Notes: generated by a model from the sequence alone, not told the origin. 64,000 nucleotides of DNA from Eukaryota sp. GEM-RC1 (GCA_040285855.1 JAUFOQ010000016.1:2356001-2420000); one strand, 5' to 3'; counted from the first letter of the stretch, positions 37,412 through 48,627 are shown. Program-made: numbers and translations.

Positions 37412-39728
37412 TTGCAGCTCCTTCCAGTTTTGATATCACATGTGATCATCAAGTTTGTCCATGTGCGTTCCTTTTCATTCCAGTGTTTATCGTTTCCTCT
37501 GTCACATTCTGCGACTGGTTTCTCCAATAATCCTTTCCTTCGTTATTTCCGCGATCTTGAGTTGACAACAGGACTGCAATTCTTTACCTCTCAACATCTT
37601 CACTTTCTTGTAGTACAACAGGGACATAGTTCCGCCAGCAATACTGCAGTTGGTATGTAGTTTTGAACCTCGATCTAACATTAGTTCTAAACATTGGTCT
37701 CAACGATGTTCTTGTGGAAAAGCTCTCCGAAGCCACTGATCCTGTTTTCGCCTTTCACTGCTACCATGTCTTCCTTCAGACCTTTTCTTCTGTAGTATTC
37801 GGCGTTAGTCCTCAGGTTCTGTCCACTATTCTTGAAGACATTGGATTTCCAGAAGCCATGAGCCAGAAACTGGACCTTCCCAAAATGAAAAAGTTGATCA
37901 ATAACTACCACCAACGTCTTCAATCCTTGGGTCACGTGATTCCTCAAGATCCATGGGAACAGCTGTCACTTGTTGTCCAGAAACTCTCTGAACGATCTCC
38001 AACTCAATCTCTTCTTCTCAAAGTACAAGTCCTTCTTATCAGTGATTTACGTGGACCAGCTATCACCATTGATCCTTCAAGTAAATCCTTTGTTACTTGT
38101 GAACACGACTTTGGTCAAAATCCTGCTGTCCGTCAATTGAATCTCAATTACAGTGATGTTTCTCATGATTTGGATAAGTTTGTCATTGGATTGAATCATC
38201 TCACAAAGGTTGGCGCTAATTCCGATTCAAGCTCTAAGTTGGCTCAGTTACGAGCTTCACGTCTATCAAATTCTCCATTGAACTCTAGTAGAAACCGACC
38301 CAAAGTCAAACCTAGATCTAATAGATCGTCTCCTTCTAAGTCTCCTAAAGAAATCAAACGTGATCACACGATTCCTTCAATTGAACCTAAAGATCCCGAA
38401 GGCCATCACCCTTTTCTTAACGACTTCCTTCTCAATTCCTCCCTCCAATGCTCAACTTCCACCTCATCTGCTACTCCAAAGACTGGTACACTTAGTGCTT
38501 ACTGTCGACTTAAACCCACTAATGCTGAGACTGTTTATATAGACACACCAACTGATAACTCTGTCTCTATTTGTATTTCTAAGAGTTCTGCTCAAGGAAC
38601 TCCGGTTAATGGTCCTAAGTGGCTATTCCCTTTTTCTTCAATTCTTACTAAAGAAAACATACAAGTTTATGAGGAAGTTGCAGCTCCTGCTGTTGGAGAC
38701 CTTTTCAACAACGTTTCTTCTACCTTATTTACCTATGGTGGAGTAGCTAGTGGTAAGACTTATACTTTCTTTGGTTCTCCCACGTGTATTTCACAAGAGA
38801 CTATTGGTCTGATACCTTTGTCACTTCATTCTATCTTTAATCGTCTTGTTGTCGACCAGGAAGTATTGATCTCTTTTTAGGATTAAAAGATGATGCGGTT
38901 TATGACCTTATGCAAACGTCATCCGATGAACATGGCAAGAAGTCACCTACATTACTGAATTCTGCTGTTATTTCCAGTGTTTGTAACAACGCCAAGATCA
39001 CGACAATTCCAGGACTTTCCCAGAATAAAGTGTCAACCTTACGTGAAGCTCTGGAATTACTTTCTAATGGAAGTGATTTAAGGCAGTGGGAACGATCAAA
39101 GTCCAATCTAGAATCAACAAGATCTCATTTTGTTCTTTCAATTCAGTTGATCTCGAAAACTCAAGAAACTAATAGTAAATTATGTTTTGTTGATCTAGCA
39201 GCTCCAATTCAGAATGCCGATCTACCAGACAAACAGAGTCCACTGTTCAAAGAATGTACCAAGCTTAACAAATCTCTCTTCTTTTTAGAAGGTGTGTTGT
39301 CTGCTGTAACTAGTGGTAAGCCACACGTTCCTTATAGAAACTGTTTGTTAACTTCCGTTCTTCGATTTAACATGTCTTATTCCCCTAAATTAATCATGAT
39401 TGCTTGTCTTTCTCTTGATCCTGATGATGCATCTGAATCTCTTGCCACGTGTTTGTTTTTCCGTAGAATAGGGGTCTTCAAGCGGCTTAGTCAACAAGAA
39501 GCTAAGTTGAAGAAGGAAAAGCTTTTACATGATAGTCCCTTTGTAACTCCCAGTGGCTCCCTCTCTCCTCCCATGGCTGAACATCACGTGGATGTGATTG
39601 AACATTCTGAAGAGAAAGAGGATTCTGAGAAGTCTGAAGAAGAAGAAGTTGTCTTTGAGAAATCTCTTTCTTCTGAAATCAAGAAAGACTCGACTTCGCT
39701 AGTGATTCCACTAGTGAGGAATCTGTAG
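37412..39728 (+). CDS. Divergent kinesin with N-terminal PPDK-like domain (start uncertain; intron 37653-37684; frameshift near 38878); probably continuous with the downstream TM/BspA ORF
   Basis: P-loop TYGGVASGKTYT, GLIPLSL, SFLGLKDDAVYDL (after correction), switch I NLESTRSH, switch II FVDLAAP, LNKSL, HVPYRNCLLT. N-terminal VLNIGLND...FLQTFSSVVFGV...IPQDPWEQL resembles pyruvate phosphate dikinase. Confidence 0.88.
37653..37684 (+). other. 32-nt spliceosomal intron
   Basis: GTATGT...GATCTAACATTAG; removal gives in-frame NTAVVLNIGLND. Confidence 0.88.
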
Positions 39729-42700
39729 TGGAATCGGATATTAATACTGATATTGTTATTGAAACTGTTATAGCTTCTCCTATTGAAGTCACTAACCAAT
39801 CATCTGACTCTGATCTACGTGTTGATGACGTGATGTCATATTCAAAGGTTGATAGTACAGAAATGAAAGATGTAGTGTTAGAGTTTAAAGAAGATCCTGA
39901 ACCTAGATCACCGTGTATTACTAAAGTAAAGAACAACTGGAGTTTGATTGGGATCAAAAGTAGTATTATTATTGGTTTATTTTGCTTTATTATTGGTTTC
40001 TTAACTTTACTACTATTCTTTTTCTTACGTTCATCCACTCCTCCAACTTTTCTTGTATCAGGACTGATTACCAGTGATTCAGTTCCTCTTCCAGGTGTTA
40101 TTGTCTTTGGTGAAGGTATTAATGGCGTTTACAGTGACGATGATGGTTTGTTTCTGTTTGAATTGAAAAATGGAGAATATGGGCTAAATTTCCAATTATG
40201 TGGATATGATCCAAAGTCGGTCATGGTTACAGTGTCTAACAGTGACAAGTTTATTGATGTTTCTCTTTTGTTAAATACTTTCATTGTTACAGGTGTCGTC
40301 ACTGGTCATTCAGTTCCTCTTTCAGGTGTTCGTGTCTCTGGTGATGACCTTGATGACGTTTACAGTGATGATGATGGTCTTTTTGAGATAGAGCCTCTTA
40401 CAAATGGCGAGTATGAGCTCAGTTTCGAATTATCTGGCTATGATCCAAAGTCAGTCATTGTGACGGTGTCTGACAGTGACAAGTTTGTTGATGTTTCTCT
40501 TTTGTTAAATACTTTCAATGTTACAGGTGTCGTCACTGGTGATTCAGTTCCTCTTTCAGGTGTTCGTGTCTCTGGTGATGACCTTGATGACGTTTACAGT
40601 GACGATGATGGTCTTTTTGAGATAGAGCCTCTTACAAATGGCGAGTATGAGCTCAATTTCGAATTATCTGGCTATGATCCAAAGTCGGTCATTGTGACGG
40701 TGTCTGACAGTGACAAGTTTGTTGATGTTTCTCTTTTGTTAAATACTTTCAATGTTACAGGTGTCGTTACTGGTGATTCAGTTCCTCTTTCAGGTGTTCG
40801 TGTCTCTGGTGATGACCTTAATGACGTTTACAGTGACGATGATGGTCTTTTTGAGATAGAGCCTCTTACAAATGGTGAGTATGAGCTCAATTTCGAATTA
40901 TCTGGCTATGATCCAAAGTCTGTCATTGTGACGGTGTCTGACAGTGACAAGTTTGTTGACGTTTTTCTTTCCCTCACACCTACTTTCAATGTTTCAGGAG
41001 TAGTTACTAGTGATGCAGTTCCTCTTTCAGGTGTTATTGTCTCATGTGATTATTTTGATGACGTTCACAGTGATGACGATGGTCTTTTTAAACTTCAGCC
41101 ACTTGTCAATGGTGAATACGTCATCGATTTCTTTTGGAAGGTTATGGTTCAAAATCAATCAGTGTTGAAGTATCTGATAGTAACCAGTACATTGAAGTTT
41201 CCCTTGAACTCTTGCTGACCTTGGAACTCACTGTCTATGACGACGTCACTTCAGATCCAATTCCCAATCCTCGTGCTACACTCGTCAATCAAAATTTGAT
41301 TGTTGATGGAAATGAACATGGCTACATAGAACTTGTTGATTTGATTGCTGGTGATTATGATCTATTCATAACGCATTCGAATTACTATAATCGAGCTATT
41401 ACTGTCCAATTGAATAGTTCTGAGTCTAAGTCAGTTTCAATGACTCGTCATGGTTATACCATTGTTGATAACATTATAACCGATTACGATGCTTTTTTTT
41501 GGTACAAACGTCATCATTCCTTCCAGTATTAATGGTGTGATGATCACTACAATTGGTGTTTCAGCTTTTCAAGATAAGGGTTTAACTTCTGTTGTTATTC
41601 CAGACAGTGTTCAAAGAATAGATGGAAGTGCATTCAAAGATAATATCTTAGTAATTGTTACTCTTGGAAGTGGCTTGACAATTATTGGTGCATCTGCTTT
41701 TGAGAACAATGAACTTGTGGAAGTAATAATTCCTGATAGTGTCACAAATATTGGTAGCGCTGCTTTCGGAAATAATACTTTAGACACTGTCATTCTTGGT
41801 CAGTCTGTTGAAACTATTAGCGGTTCAGCATTTTATGATAATCGGCTAACATCTGTAGTTATTCCAAACACGGTCACTACTTTAGGAGCATCGGCTTTCA
41901 GGAAGAATCAATTACAAAAAGTTGAACTTAGCAATTCGTTAACAACTATTTTCAGTTATACGTTTGAAGAAAATCTTTTAACTTCTTTAGTGATTTCAGA
42001 TTCTGTAACATTTATACAGAGTAATGCCTTCCAAAATAACAAGTTAGTTAATGTTACTTTTGGAACTGGATTAACAAATATCGCAAATAATGCTTTTGAG
42101 AACAATGAACTTGTTGAAGTAGTGATTCCTGATAGTGTAACCACTATTGGTAACTCTGCTTTCAGACAAAATAATTTACAAATTCTGGTTCTTGGTCAAT
42201 CTATAGCAAAAATTGGTAATAATGCTTTCCAGACCAATTCTATATCTAGTCTTGTCCTTCCAAATAGTGTAACTGATGTTGGCAACTTTGCTTTCAGGCA
42301 CAATGACTTGGCATTTGTTTCTCTTCCTGATTCTCTCACCACTATTGGTAGCTCCGCATTTCGTGATAATGACCTCACGGAACTGCTTATACCTTCTTCT
42401 GTTACTTCTATGGGGAGCCATGCGTTCCGAACCAATCAACTGACTTCTGTTGAACTTGGTAGTTCTCTGACAGAAATTTCAGCATCGACATTTTCTGGAA
42501 ATCATTTAACTTCAGTAGTTATTCCTGATTCTGTAACATCAATCGGTACTTCTGCATTTTGGAGCAATATGTTAGTTGATATTACTTTTGGTGCTGGATT
42601 AACAACTATCGCTAATAATGCTTTTGAAATGAATCGCTTTGTAGAAATTACAATTCCTAGCGGTATTTCAACTCTTTCAGCTGTTGTACTTCGACTCAAC

Positions 42701-42976
42701 TATTTGGTTAATGTAACATTTTCCTCGGGTCTGGAACATATACAGACTCGATCGCTACAAGATAACAACATTGAATCTCTAGTATTTCCTTCTAGCTTGA
42801 AATCGATTGAGAGCGATGCCTTAAACCTTAATCCATTGCTAATGATAGAAATTGACTCAGGAGTAGACGTTCATGAGGATGCTATTCCTGGTAATTTTGC
42901 TTCACTTTATCAGCAGAATCAGGGTGGTGTCTACTCGAGAGCCACCACCGATGATTCATGGGTTCAAAGCACGTAA
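39677..42976 (+). CDS. Type II membrane region: TM helix, 5-6 carboxypeptidase-regulatory-like beta-sandwich repeats and BspA (LRR_5/TpLRR) repeats; frameshifts near 41133 and 41495
   Basis: TM IIIGLFCFIIGFLTLLLFFFL (about 39965-40027); repeats VTGVVTGDSVPLSGVRV...DDDGLFEI...GEYELNFELSGY; about 20 repeats of LTSVVIPDSVTTIGxxAFxxN. Confidence 0.88.
40261..40962 (+). repeat. Three near-identical 234-bp (78-aa) coding tandem repeats, with diverged flanking units
   Basis: TTCTCTTTTGTTAAATACTTTC recurs at 40261, 40495 and 40729. Confidence 0.95.
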
Positions 42977-43259
42977 CTTTTTTACACTCTGTATTTTACT
43001 TCAATTCTTGAGTCAATTTTAAATAAACGATATAACTTAACAACATGTTCCAATCTTATCAAACAAATCAACTCCTTTTCCTGACTCAATCAAACTGTTA
43101 TGATTGAAGAATAATTATTAAGCTTATAAACGAAGTTGTTTGGATAGTCTTTAATTGTATTTACTAGATGCTATTTGTTTCTTGCGGTGTCATTGTTTCC
43201 AGAACATGTGCAATGTTGACTTCATTTTTTTGTTCCTTATCAATTTGTTGAGTGAACAG

Positions 43260-43688
43260 ATCATCGGAACTCGGGTCAGATCGGGTCTCAGGTCAGGTCA
43301 AGATACCTCAGATTCGGTCTTGTCTGCTCAATGTATGTGCTCTAGTTGAAAATCATGATGGATTGACAGCACAGATCTATTGTTATGTATCAATATGTTC
43401 TGCACTAGCTAAATATTCTTGGATGTGTGGATTATACAATCTTCCAGTGGTGAGAATGACACGGTTTACAAGTTTACGATGCTCAAGCTCTTGTCTGTCT
43501 CAATACATGGTTAAAATTTGGTTTTGAATTAAAAGATTTATTAAGCATTTGGTCTACTATTTTTGTGTTCATTATAACACACAACTGAACGGCGACTATA
43601 AAACACAACAGTTCTCCCATCGGGGTCAGGTCCAGATAGGATCAAGACTTTGACCTGACCTGTGACCTGATATCTTTTGACAGCCTTA
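43260..43688. mobile_element. Decayed hAT-type MITE
   Basis: GGTCAG/CTGACC subterminal repeats at both ends; right terminus TTGACAGCCTTA resembles the TAGGGCTGTCAA TIR family. Confidence 0.55.
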
Positions 43689-43789
43689 ATGTACTGGTAG
43701 TACAATCTAGCAGTTACTATTAGACATCCTAATACGTCCAGTTCACATTATCGAAAATTTCAAAGATATAGTTTCAACTTGGCTTATCA

Positions 43790-44060
43790 ACATTCGTTTG
43801 AGGTTGGGTTTATGGCCTGTTGGTCTCCTGCAAAAGTCTACTTGTGTGTGTGGTTCTTGTTTGACCGCTTTCCATCAACTGTCATAAGTTTATTCATTTA
43901 AGATCAATTATTCACAACAGTTTACGTGACCAATGTTTAGAATTGTTCAAGAGCAATGGTTTTCATGGGAAAATCGAACCAGTTTTAAATACTTTGTCTG
44001 ACTCAATGATGAGAGATAAGAGCAGAGGTGTTTTGATTGGTCCTTGGTATGACGGTAAAT
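43790..44060 (+). mobile_element. RLE retrotransposon fragment
   Basis: IRLRLGLWP...CVCG...FKSNGFHGKIEP...SRGVLIGP. Confidence 0.7.
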
Positions 44061-44471
44061 CGAGATATCAAAACATTATTCACGATTTTTATGAGAGAAT
44101 CACCAGTGTTAGTCCCCCACGAGGTCATATCGTGCAGTCTTCGAACTGTTTCAAATGCAAAACATCTTCTACGCAAGTTGTTTGGATTTGGAAGAGCAAG
44201 GTGTTAGCACCTGATGTTTCATCTAGAAGCTCATTCCTTATAGAAAGTCTTAAACCTGAATGCTACTGCACCGTAATGAGTTCAGGTTAGTCATAAACGT
44301 CAGGTTCTTCTTGGATTCTAACTACCATCTGCAATCCCCGAACAAACAAGAAACTTGGTTCACGAATTCTGTGAGAAAGTGAATAAAAACCAATCACTGA
44401 GATGATTTAACCAAAATTGAAAACGGAACGGCATTCTACATGCTGGAGGGAAATCTGTTTTCCCTGCCCAT

Positions 44472-45320
44472 ATGGATCTACTTTGTCACTATTTTTCGTC
44501 AGAGTTCTCTCACACAGTCACCAGAGTGTTTCCTACAAACACGGGGGTACTAGTTGTTGAAGCTAATCTTCGTCAAGGACATACACCAGATCCTTTCGAA
44601 ATACTGGAGTTTGCCTACTCCCATTCTATTTCACACCTATTACCTCCAAGAATATTATACCTAAACGATGCCTCTGAGCTACAACCCCAGTCCATTCCTT
44701 ACTCAATTGTGCCCAAATTCCGAAGCGTTAGAAGAACCACAACTCCAGATGTTGTCAACTCTCTGTTCAGATCTTCCTTCTACTGTGATAATGATGTAGA
44801 ACGTCTGGTCATTACTCTACTTTCCAAATACTTGGGAAAATCCACCCTGGTTGCAGCTTGTCATAATGTGAACTCACCATCACACCAAACTGTGACTTTT
44901 CCCAATACAACTTGCCTTGAAACTCTTCTGAGTCAGCCACCAGTTACATCTCCTATTAGTTCCTTCGAGCAATCTCCTGATGTAATTGTCTCAGTGAAAT
45001 TAAAGCCAAGTAATTCCATTGGTTTGACTGGGATATCAAAAGTAAACTGTCCTTTAGGTATCTACCTACAACAATTGGGTAGTTTGCTTCACGTCATGGC
45101 AGAAGTCGATGAAGAAAGGATTTCCATTGAAGAAGGCATTCAGATAGTTGACAAGTTCATTGCCTTTTTACTTGAGGAGCTGAATCTGTTTGAACATAGG
45201 AAGACCAGTGCTCCTATTGTTCCATGGGGACAAGTAGTGCAAAACGTTGAGTTCAATAATGAATTTGAATTGATTGGAATGGATGGAGATGATGAGGACG
45301 ATCTCAATGTTCAGTATTAG
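44472..45320 (+). CDS. Hypothetical protein (282 aa)
   Basis: Intact ATG-to-stop ORF followed by a T-rich 3' region; no recognised motif. Confidence 0.65.
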   Translation: MDLLCHYFSSEFSHTVTRVFPTNTGVLVVEANLRQGHTPDPFEILEFAYSHSISHLLPPRILYLNDASELQPQSIPYSIVPKFRSVRRTTTPDVVNSLFRSSFYCDNDVERLVITLLSKYLGKSTLVAACHNVNSPSHQTVTFPNTTCLETLLSQPPVTSPISSFEQSPDVIVSVKLKPSNSIGLTGISKVNCPLGIYLQQLGSLLHVMAEVDEERISIEEGIQIVDKFIAFLLEELNLFEHRKTSAPIVPWGQVVQNVEFNNEFELIGMDGDDEDDLNVQY

Positions 45321-45526
45321 TGTTTTTTTTATTGAAAGTAAATGTGTTGACCTTATTTTGGGTTTCCAAATTTAAGTGTTTGTTTTGGCAAGTCTTGTTG
45401 TTTCTTAGTTTTTCTTAGTTTTTTATCACATACAATTTGTCAGTTCCAATTTTCCTCAATACTGTAATGTCAGAAACTTATCAATTGAAACAGGCGTTTG
45501 TGCCAACTTACTACCAATAATAGTCA

Positions 45527-46505
45527 TCGAATAGTCATCTGGAAAAGGCTGAACAGCGAAAGTGTTCCAATTATGCGGATGCTTTGAAGAAGCATAATGA
45601 AAATCTAAATTCTAAGTTTTCATTTGTTCCATTTGCAATTTCAATTTTTGGTCCAGCCGGTTTAAAGTTTTTCACTGATTTTAGTCTTTTATGTCGTTCT
45701 AATGGCAAGGTGTTTAATAGTGCTGTATGGATTAATGGAATTATGTTTGTTCTTTATAGAAGCATTCTCAAGTATTTAAGTTCCATTTATTCGCAGTTGT
45801 ATAGGGATAGTTCTCGTTTTGATGTGGAGAATTTTACTTCTTTCATTTTCTGAATTTTAACAGATCGTACTGCAAGAGTAAATTTGCTTTTTCGATTGTT
45901 AAGTCGATGTATAGATATGTTGATTCCATTTTGTCAAAGTTGTTTGGTAATTAGGTAGTTCGTTTGATAATTTGTTTTAATAGTCTTTATTTATTTCTTG
46001 TTTTCTTGTCACTTCGCCTTTCAGCCTTTTCCAGATGACTATTCGAATCATTCAATATGGAGTCTTGGTAGACTTTTGCAGACGGGTCAACTATAGTAAA
46101 ATCAACCACAACTTGAGATGAATCCAGGAAAGGATCAATTAAGTCACCACGCCGAGAATCAAACACGTTATTGTCACTATAATGTTTCAGAAGAGGTTCA
46201 ATTTTACAACTATAATTGTAGGATTTGCACATATCATAAGTAACGTCACGAACAGCGTTATGTAGAACAGATCGAAATTGCAAAAATTTCTTGCAACTAA
46301 CAGCATGACGAAATGTGGCTGTAGATCGGTTATCGCAAACACAAATTGAATTATTTAGCAAACCACTAGGGAATAAACCTAATCGAAGACGCATATTTTG
46401 CTTCCAAGCATCATTGTTCAAATGTAAACCAAAAGGTCTAGGTTGTTGAGTGATGAAGCAAGAACATTGTTGAATGTCACATAAAAAAGCTGCAAAGACG
46501 GGATT
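45527..46505. mobile_element. Rearranged RLE retrotransposon copy (5' part on minus 46020-46505, 3' part on plus 45527-45853)
   Basis: Minus part: CVC...HAVSC...RRGDL...HLEKAE. The plus part begins at the same HLEKAE and continues FVPFAISIFG. Confidence 0.85.
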
Positions 46506-46635
46506 ATGTTTTCTTGTTGTGTGTTTTTTCCCGCACATAAATCTAGATCCGTTTTTTCTGAATTAGTATGTTTTAATGTATTGTTGCAAATAAACTCTTT
46601 TCTTTCGGAAAATTTTCTTGAGAATGTTCTTGTGA

Positions 46636-48627
46636 ATGACAACAACTACTCAGAATCATGCTGTCGTTGCATCACAAGCTTTTTTGTGTCTATCATCCAT
46701 CCATCGTTCCTTTGACGTTCAATCTTTTCTAAAAAACTTAGAAACTCTTCTGGTAGATACTGATCCATGCGTCCTCCTACAAGCACTGAACTCTCTCTAC
46801 TTTGCTGTACTTTCAAAGAAACTTTCTACAGACTACTGTAGAAGCCTCTCCTCCACCATCCTCTCTCATTTAGACCATTCAAACCTTCTCATCTCCAACC
46901 TCACTTGTCTCATACTCAGCCACATCATCGACTACGATCTCATAGTCTCTATTCGGACCAACCTGATACTAGCGATCAATTCCTTTCCATCCCTAACTGA
47001 TGGGCTTTCACATCTACTTTTCACCATTGGTAAGATCTCTAAAACTGTTCTGAATACAGTTAGTATCTCTGATGAAGCACTTCCTTTGTTGTGTTTTTCT
47101 AAACTGAAACAAAATCCTCTTTGTTTGGACACCGTTAAGCTCTTGTCAGTTTCAATCAACAATGATGCGTTTGATTCTATATCAGGGGAATTAATCAAAA
47201 TGATTATTGACCTGTTTACACGTGATAGGCTCACGTCATCCGCTTTGATTCGGTATTACCTCGGATTGTTATGGAATTGTATCTTGACTAAGTCAGAATT
47301 GGTACCGTTACTGTACTCGAAAACATTTTTACTGAAAATTTTAAATTTGCATACATTTTCTAACAAGAACTCGGTGTTTTCTCTAATCAACATTGTAATT
47401 ATCGTATACTCCTACATAGACACGGGTTTCTTCGATGATACGGTTACTTGTGCTATTTTGACCAGGTTATTTGAGCTCTTTCAATCTGTTGACGTGACAA
47501 TTATTGGCAATTCAATGAATACATGGAAAGATATTGGCGTTCTTTTTAATTTGTTGGTTAAAAATTTAATTGACTTCAACATTTTAAATGAGATTTGGTT
47601 CGTTGAAGGTATTGCCTCTTGCTATCAACGTTTATCAGAATTTAATTCTCATTTATTGTCAAATAACAATTCCAAAATTTTAAATTGTGATTCTAATTAT
47701 CGTCAAATGATTATTACTTGGTTTTCGGTTCCATTGTTGTTCTCAAAATCAAATTTAGCGTCATTTTTCTCAAATAGCCCAGTATTGAGCTTTATTTTGA
47801 ACTTTTTGACTTCTGTTGAATTCTTTACTGATTTAGAATCCATAGTCTTTTCTATACTATCCCGTTATTCCCGACTGTCTGACGAACACTTTCCTTTTGT
47901 ACTCCAATCGGTTTGCAAACTTCTTCAATCAAATCCTATTGATTCACTGGAGTATGTTTTAGTGTTTCTTGTTAATTTTTCTCACAATGTTGTCTTTATC
48001 AAAGAAATATTACGATTTAATAATGGGAATGAAGATCCAGTTTTGTTAAACATTTTGAACCAACAATTGTCTGTTGCGAAATCGAAAACTTCCAGAAATT
48101 TAATTTTGAATCTTTTCGAAAATTTGTTTTATCACGTTTCTTATGCAGAAGTGAACATGGATATAATATCTCTTTTAAACACAATAATTGAAGTGTTGTC
48201 TAAACAAGTCAATGAATCGACTGTCTCGTTAATTCTGGGAGTTTTTATTAACATATCATATGTTAATTTCGATTGCTTGTTGCCGTTTTTAGAAACAGGT
48301 GAGCTTTTTGTTGATTTGCTGTCCCAGAAAAATCATGATATTGTCGACAAAACTCTACAGTTGATCTTGATCTCTATTTCCAACGATGATCTTTGTCGAC
48401 AATTCTCTGAAAATATTCATTTGTTCAATATTCTGAAAAAACATTTTACTGTAAACCCTTTAGTTGTTTCTAAAATAGTACTAACACTTTCCCAAGAAGT
48501 TGCAATCAGTTCCCCATCACTTTCCTTAAGAACCAGTGTCGTTGATTGCTTGGAAACGTTACTAAAAATAGATAACAAAGAGGTTCGACAACGATCGCTA
48601 GAACGCATTGTTGATCTATCTACTTGA
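46636..48627 (+). CDS. Leu-rich alpha-solenoid (ARM/HEAT-like) protein, 663 aa
   Basis: Long intact ORF with amphipathic L/I-rich helices and ARM-like motifs (FLVNFSH, VFINIS). Confidence 0.7.
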   Translation: MTTTTQNHAVVASQAFLCLSSIHRSFDVQSFLKNLETLLVDTDPCVLLQALNSLYFAVLSKKLSTDYCRSLSSTILSHLDHSNLLISNLTCLILSHIIDYDLIVSIRTNLILAINSFPSLTDGLSHLLFTIGKISKTVLNTVSISDEALPLLCFSKLKQNPLCLDTVKLLSVSINNDAFDSISGELIKMIIDLFTRDRLTSSALIRYYLGLLWNCILTKSELVPLLYSKTFLLKILNLHTFSNKNSVFSLINIVIIVYSYIDTGFFDDTVTCAILTRLFELFQSVDVTIIGNSMNTWKDIGVLFNLLVKNLIDFNILNEIWFVEGIASCYQRLSEFNSHLLSNNNSKILNCDSNYRQMIITWFSVPLLFSKSNLASFFSNSPVLSFILNFLTSVEFFTDLESIVFSILSRYSRLSDEHFPFVLQSVCKLLQSNPIDSLEYVLVFLVNFSHNVVFIKEILRFNNGNEDPVLLNILNQQLSVAKSKTSRNLILNLFENLFYHVSYAEVNMDIISLLNTIIEVLSKQVNESTVSLILGVFINISYVNFDCLLPFLETGELFVDLLSQKNHDIVDKTLQLILISISNDDLCRQFSENIHLFNILKKHFTVNPLVVSKIVLTLSQEVAISSPSLSLRTSVVDCLETLLKIDNKEVRQRSLERIVDLST

